Assembly (NCBI RefSeq): GCF_000026545.1 | Contig: NC_011601.1 | Strand: one strand, 5' to 3' | Length of the DNA: 64,000 nt | DNA from: Escherichia coli O127:H6 str. E2348/69 | GTDB taxonomy: Bacteria; Pseudomonadota; Gammaproteobacteria; Enterobacterales; Enterobacteriaceae | Shown: one piece after another, positions 59,671 to 64,000 of the stretch | Position numbering within the stretch: position 1 is the stretch's first letter | How the letters are laid out: each line of letters starts with the position of its first letter | Position numbers and translations under genes: made by a program | The notes under the pieces: generated by a model | Told to the model about the DNA's origin: nothing | Seen by the model: only the letters and a program-made list of their open reading frames with translations | Databases searched by the model: none

Positions 59671-62322
59671 TTAGCCGGTATTACGCATACCTGCCGCAAT
59701 CCCGGCAATAGTGACCATTAACGCCTGCTCGACGCGAGGATCCGGTTCCTGGCCTTCTTTTTCTGCCTGGCGGGAGCGGTGCAGCAACTCGGCCTGCAAT
59801 ACGTTCAGCGGGTCGGTGTAAATATTCCGTAGCTGAATAGACTCTGCAATCCACGGCAGATCGGCCATCAGGTGAGAATCGTTGGCAATCGCCAGCACCA
59901 CTTTGATGTCTTCTTCTTGCAGATTGCGTAACTCTTTACCTAACGGCCACAGTGCTTTGTCGACCAGGCGTTGGTCATAGTATTCTGCCAGCCACAGGTC
60001 TGCTTTGGCGAAGACCATCTCCAGCATGCCGAGACGCGTCGAGAAGAATGGCCAATCGCGGCACATGGCTTCCAGCTCGCTCTGTTTACCATCTTCGACC
60101 ACTTTTTGCAGCGCCGTACCTGCACCCAGCCAGGCGGGGAGCATCAGGCGGTTTTGCGTCCAGGCGAAAATCCACGGAATAGCGCGCAGTGACTCGACGC
60201 CGCCGGTTGGGCGACGTTTCGCCGGACGTGAACCCAACGGCAGTTTACCCAATTCTTGTTCCGGCGTAGCGGAGCGGAAGTAAGGCACAAAATCTTTGTT
60301 TTCACGTACGTAGCCGCGGTAGACATCGCAAGAGATAACAGACAGTTCATCCATAATACGACGCCAGCTCTCTTTCGGCTCAGGCGGTGGCAGCAGGTTG
60401 GCTTCCAGAATCGCCCCGGTGTACAGCGACAGGCTGCTGACGGTGATTTCTGGCAGACCATATTTAAAGCGGATCATCTCGCCCTGTTCGGTCACGCGCA
60501 GGCCACCTTTCAGGCTTCCTGGCGGTTGTGACAGCAGCGCCGCATGGGCAGGTGCGCCGCCGCGACCAATGGAACCGCCGCGACCGTGGAACAACGTCAG
60601 CTCAATACCCGCTTTTTCGCAGGTTTTGATTAATGCATCCTGTGCCTGATATTGCGCCCAGGAAGCTGCCATCACGCCCGCATCTTTTGCTGAGTCGGAA
60701 TAGCCAATCATCACCATCTGTTTGCCCTGAATCAGGCCGCGATACCAGTCGATATTCAGCAGCTGGGTCATGACATCGTTGGCGTTGTTCAGGTCATCGA
60801 GGGTTTCAAACAGCGGAGCAACCGGCATCGCAAACCCGATACCCGCTTCTTTCAGCAGCAGGTGGACAGCCAGCACGTCGGACGGCGTTTTCGCCATCGA
60901 GATCACGTAGGCGGCAATGGAGCCTTGCGGCGCTTCGGCAATCACCTGGCAGGTATCGAGCACTTCGCGCGTTTCGGCGCTTGGTTGCCAGTTGCGTGGT
61001 AGCAGCGGACGTTTGGAGTTCAGTTCGCGGATCAGGAATGCCTGTTTGTCGGCCTCTGACCAGCTTTCATAATCGCCGATGCCGAGATAGCGGGTCAGCT
61101 CGCCCAATGCTTCGGTATGGCGGGTGCTCTCCTGACGGATATCAATACGCACCAGCGGTACGCCGAAACATTTCACGCGGCGCAGGGTGTCGAGCAGATC
61201 GCCATTGGCGATAATACCCATGCCACACGCCTGAAGTGACTGGTAGCAAGCGTAGAGCGGTTCCCACAGTTCTTCGTTTTGTGTCAGCAGACCTTCTGGT
61301 TTTGGCAATTCTTCGCCTTTCAGGCGCGCTTCCAGCCATGCCTGTGTCGCCATCAGGCGAGAACGCAGGTTTTTCATCAGATAGCGATACGGTTCTGCGG
61401 CACCCTCTTCGCCAACCAGCGCCAGCAGTTCAGGGGTGGCTTCAACCATCGACAGTTCAGAAACCAGAACCTGAATATCTTTCAGGAACAAATCGGTGGC
61501 TTTCCAGCGGCTGAGTAGCAGGACGTGGCGGGTGATATCGGCAGTGACGTTCGGGTTGCCGTCGCGGTCACCGCCCATCCACGAGGTAAAACGGACCGGA
61601 ACAAATTCGACGGGCAGTTTGTAGCCGAGGTTCTCTTCCAGTTGTTCGTTCAGTTCGCGCAGGTAATTCGGTACGCCTTGCCACAGGCTGTTTTCTACTA
61701 CGGCAAAGCCCCATTTGGCTTCATCTACCGGGCTTGGGCGCAGTTTACGGATTTCATCGGTATGCCATGACTGGGCGATCAACTGGCGCAGGCGGCGCAT
61801 CAGCTGGTTGTGTTCGTAGTCGGCGATATCTTTGTTATCGAGCTGTTTTAAACAGGCGTTCACTTCCACCATTTTGTGGATCAGTGTACGACGGGTAATT
61901 TCGGTTGGGTGAGCCGTGAGGACCAGTTCCAGCGACAGCGATTCCACTGCTTTTTTGATGGTGTCTTCGCTCAGTTCCGGCTGGTTTTTCAGTTTACGCA
62001 GGGTGCGGGCGATCACTTCCGGGTTGCTGGCAGCTTCGCCTTTTGGCGAAATGCTGTGGTATTGCTCGGCGGTGTTGGCCAGGTTCAGAAACTGACTAAA
62101 CGCACGCGCAACGGGCAGCAGCTCGTCGTTCGACAAATTTTGTAAGGTGGTGAGCAACTCCTGGCGGTTAGCATCATTGCCAGCGCGTGAAGATTTGGAC
62201 AACTTACGGATAGTTTCTACGCGTTCAAGAATGTGTTCTCCTAACGCATCCTTGATGGTTTCTCCCAGCACTTTGCCGAGCATACTGACATTACTACGCA
62301 ATGCGGAATATTGTTCGTTCAT
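59671..62322 (-). CDS. ppc: Phosphoenolpyruvate carboxylase
   Basis: 883-aa [46 protein letters not shown]...ending ...MRNTG. Confidence 0.96.
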   Translation of the reverse strand: MNEQYSALRSNVSMLGKVLGETIKDALGEHILERVETIRKLSKSSRAGNDANRQELLTTLQNLSNDELLPVARAFSQFLNLANTAEQYHSISPKGEAASNPEVIARTLRKLKNQPELSEDTIKKAVESLSLELVLTAHPTEITRRTLIHKMVEVNACLKQLDNKDIADYEHNQLMRRLRQLIAQSWHTDEIRKLRPSPVDEAKWGFAVVENSLWQGVPNYLRELNEQLEENLGYKLPVEFVPVRFTSWMGGDRDGNPNVTADITRHVLLLSRWKATDLFLKDIQVLVSELSMVEATPELLALVGEEGAAEPYRYLMKNLRSRLMATQAWLEARLKGEELPKPEGLLTQNEELWEPLYACYQSLQACGMGIIANGDLLDTLRRVKCFGVPLVRIDIRQESTRHTEALGELTRYLGIGDYESWSEADKQAFLIRELNSKRPLLPRNWQPSAETREVLDTCQVIAEAPQGSIAAYVISMAKTPSDVLAVHLLLKEAGIGFAMPVAPLFETLDDLNNANDVMTQLLNIDWYRGLIQGKQMVMIGYSDSAKDAGVMAASWAQYQAQDALIKTCEKAGIELTLFHGRGGSIGRGGAPAHAALLSQPPGSLKGGLRVTEQGEMIRFKYGLPEITVSSLSLYTGAILEANLLPPPEPKESWRRIMDELSVISCDVYRGYVRENKDFVPYFRSATPEQELGKLPLGSRPAKRRPTGGVESLRAIPWIFAWTQNRLMLPAWLGAGTALQKVVEDGKQSELEAMCRDWPFFSTRLGMLEMVFAKADLWLAEYYDQRLVDKALWPLGKELRNLQEEDIKVVLAIANDSHLMADLPWIAESIQLRNIYTDPLNVLQAELLHRSRQAEKEGQEPDPRVEQALMVTIAGIAAGMRNTG

Positions 62323-62567
62323 ATTACCCCAGACACCCCATCTTATCGTTTGATAGCCCTGTATCCTTCACGTCGCATTGGCGCGAATATGCTCGGGCTT
62401 TGCTTTTCGTCGTCTTTTATAAAGCCACGTAAAAGCGGTGACGTCAAATGCTGCGAAATCGCTTCAGCAAACGAATAAATAGCAGGAATTTACGCTATTA
62501 AATTCACGACGCTTTAAATAAGCGTAACTTATGGGAATGTTAAAAAATCGCCTCGAGTAACACCAAA

Positions 62568-62621
62568 GGTGTAGGTCGGATAAGATGCGTAAGCATCGCA
62601 TCCGACATTGTTTGGCCTACG
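62568..62621. repeat. REP element between ppc and argE
   Basis: GTAGGTCGGATAAGATGCGTAAGCATCGCATCCGACA...GGCCTAC. Confidence 0.7.
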
Positions 62622-62623
62622 TT

Positions 62624-63775
62624 TTAATGCCAGCAAAAATGGTGAATCACCTGGGTGATCAGTTCGCGGGTGGGCTTGATGAACCTCGTCTCCAGATATT
62701 CATCAGGCTGATGAGCCTGATTAATTGAGCCAGGCCCCAGAACCAGCGTCGGGCATAACGTTTGAATAAACGGCGCTTCGGTACAGTAATTCACCACTTC
62801 GGTCTTTGCTCCGAGCAATTTCTCAACCACTTCAACCAGTTTATGATTCGGTGGGCATTCATAGCCAGGGATCGGCGGATGCAGCTCGTCGACCGTCAGA
62901 CGACCCGGCCAGCGTTCGCTCACTGGAGCCAATGCATCGTTGAGCAAACCGTTAAGTTCATTGAGTGTCATGCCTGGCAGCGGACGAATATCCATATGCA
63001 ACTCACAGCAAGCACAAATACGGTTAGAAGCGTCGCCGCCGTGAATATGCCCGAGGTTGAGCGTAGGGTATGGCACGGTAAACGCGTCGTAGTGATAACG
63101 TTCTTTCAGGTTATCGCGCAATTGCAAAATATGCCCGATGGCGTCGTGCATCAGTTCGATAGCGTTAACTCCGCGTGCTGGATCGCTGGAGTGGCCCGAC
63201 TGGCCCTGAATACGGATGGCGTTAGAGATATGACCTTTATGCGCGCGTACCGGTTGCAGCGACGTTGGCTCGCCAATGATGGCGCAATCCGGGCGCAGGG
63301 CGGTAGTTTCGGCAAAATAACGCGCTCCGGCCATACTGGTTTCTTCATCGGCAGTCGCCAGAATGTAGAGCGGTTTTGCAAGCTTCGTGACGTCGACATC
63401 GCGTAGCGCATCAAGGATAAACGCAAAAAAGCCTTTCATGTCGGCGGTGCCTAAGCCGTAAAGCTTGCCGTCATGCTCCGTCAACGTAAATGGATCGCGC
63501 GTCCAGCGTCCGTCATCAAATGGCACCGTATCGGTATGCCCCGCCAGCAACAAACCGCCAGCCCCCTGTCCGCAACTGGCCAGCATATTAAATTTGTTGC
63601 GAGTTCCTGGCACAGGCTGTACTTCCACATTGAAGCCTAAATCCTTAAACCAGTCCGCCAGCAGAGTGATTAAATCTGCATTGCTTTGATCGAGTGCCTC
63701 TTCCGTGGCGCTTATTGAAGGTGTGGCAATCAGAGCACGGTAAATCTCGATAAATGGCGGTAATTTGTTTTTCAT
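62624..63775 (-). CDS. argE: Acetylornithine deacetylase
   Basis: ORF 62624..63814; internal start [23 protein letters not shown] gives 383 aa. Confidence 0.94.
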   Translation of the reverse strand: MKNKLPPFIEIYRALIATPSISATEEALDQSNADLITLLADWFKDLGFNVEVQPVPGTRNKFNMLASCGQGAGGLLLAGHTDTVPFDDGRWTRDPFTLTEHDGKLYGLGTADMKGFFAFILDALRDVDVTKLAKPLYILATADEETSMAGARYFAETTALRPDCAIIGEPTSLQPVRAHKGHISNAIRIQGQSGHSSDPARGVNAIELMHDAIGHILQLRDNLKERYHYDAFTVPYPTLNLGHIHGGDASNRICACCELHMDIRPLPGMTLNELNGLLNDALAPVSERWPGRLTVDELHPPIPGYECPPNHKLVEVVEKLLGAKTEVVNYCTEAPFIQTLCPTLVLGPGSINQAHQPDEYLETRFIKPTRELITQVIHHFCWH

Positions 63776-63928
63776 TGTTGACACACCTCTGGTCATGATA
63801 GTATCAATATTCATGCAGTATTTATGAATAAAAATACACTAACGTTGAGCGTAATAAAACCCACCAGCCGTAAGGTGAATGTTTTACGTTTAACCTGGCA
63901 ACCAGACATAAGAAGGTGAATAGCCCCG

Positions 63929-64000
63929 ATGTTGAATACGCTGATTGTGGGTGCCAGCGGCTACGCTGGCGCAGAGCTAGTGACCTATGTAAATCGCCAT
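63929..64000 (+). CDS. argC: N-acetyl-gamma-glutamyl-phosphate reductase, 3'-truncated by window edge
   Basis: ATG followed by MLNTLIVGASGYAGAELVTYVNRH, divergent from argE; continues past the window end. Confidence 0.85.
   Translation, partial: MLNTLIVGASGYAGAELVTYVNRH

Overview
This window reads as an Escherichia coli chromosomal segment collinear with the K-12 sodA-to-argC region (sodA, kdgT, yiiM, cpxAR/cpxP, fieF, pfkA, sbp, cdh, tpiA, yiiQRS, uspD, fpr, glpXKF, zapB, rraA, menA, hslUV, ftsN, cytR, priA, rpmE, yiiX, metJ/metBL, metF, katG, yijE, yijF, gldA, fsaB, ptsA, frwCB, pflDC, frwD, yijO, eptC, ppc, argE, argC). Gene identities were assigned by recognising the ORF translations from memory of K-12 proteins; no database search was run. 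Two segments do not fit the K-12 order as I recall it. (1) A roughly 7.4 kb AT-rich insertion between the metL terminator and the metF promoter (about 31270-38650) carries a Tsx-family outer-membrane channel, three paralogous secreted UshA-like metallophosphatase/5'-nucleotidases, and a 374-aa cysteine-rich protein I cannot place in any family; a perfect CRP consensus site sits in its divergent promoter. This is the best candidate for an undescribed system, most plausibly a cAMP-CRP-controlled extracellular nucleotide scavenging module. (2) A nested mobile-element insertion between yijF and gldA (about 44207-47012): an IS3-family element whose orfB is split by an IS110-family element, the latter with a ~280 bp non-coding left end that could encode a bridge-RNA-like ncRNA. 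FtsN also appears 25 aa shorter than the K-12 protein. No CRISPR arrays, tRNAs or rRNAs were seen. Hand-counted coordinates for small sites may be off by 1-2 bp.
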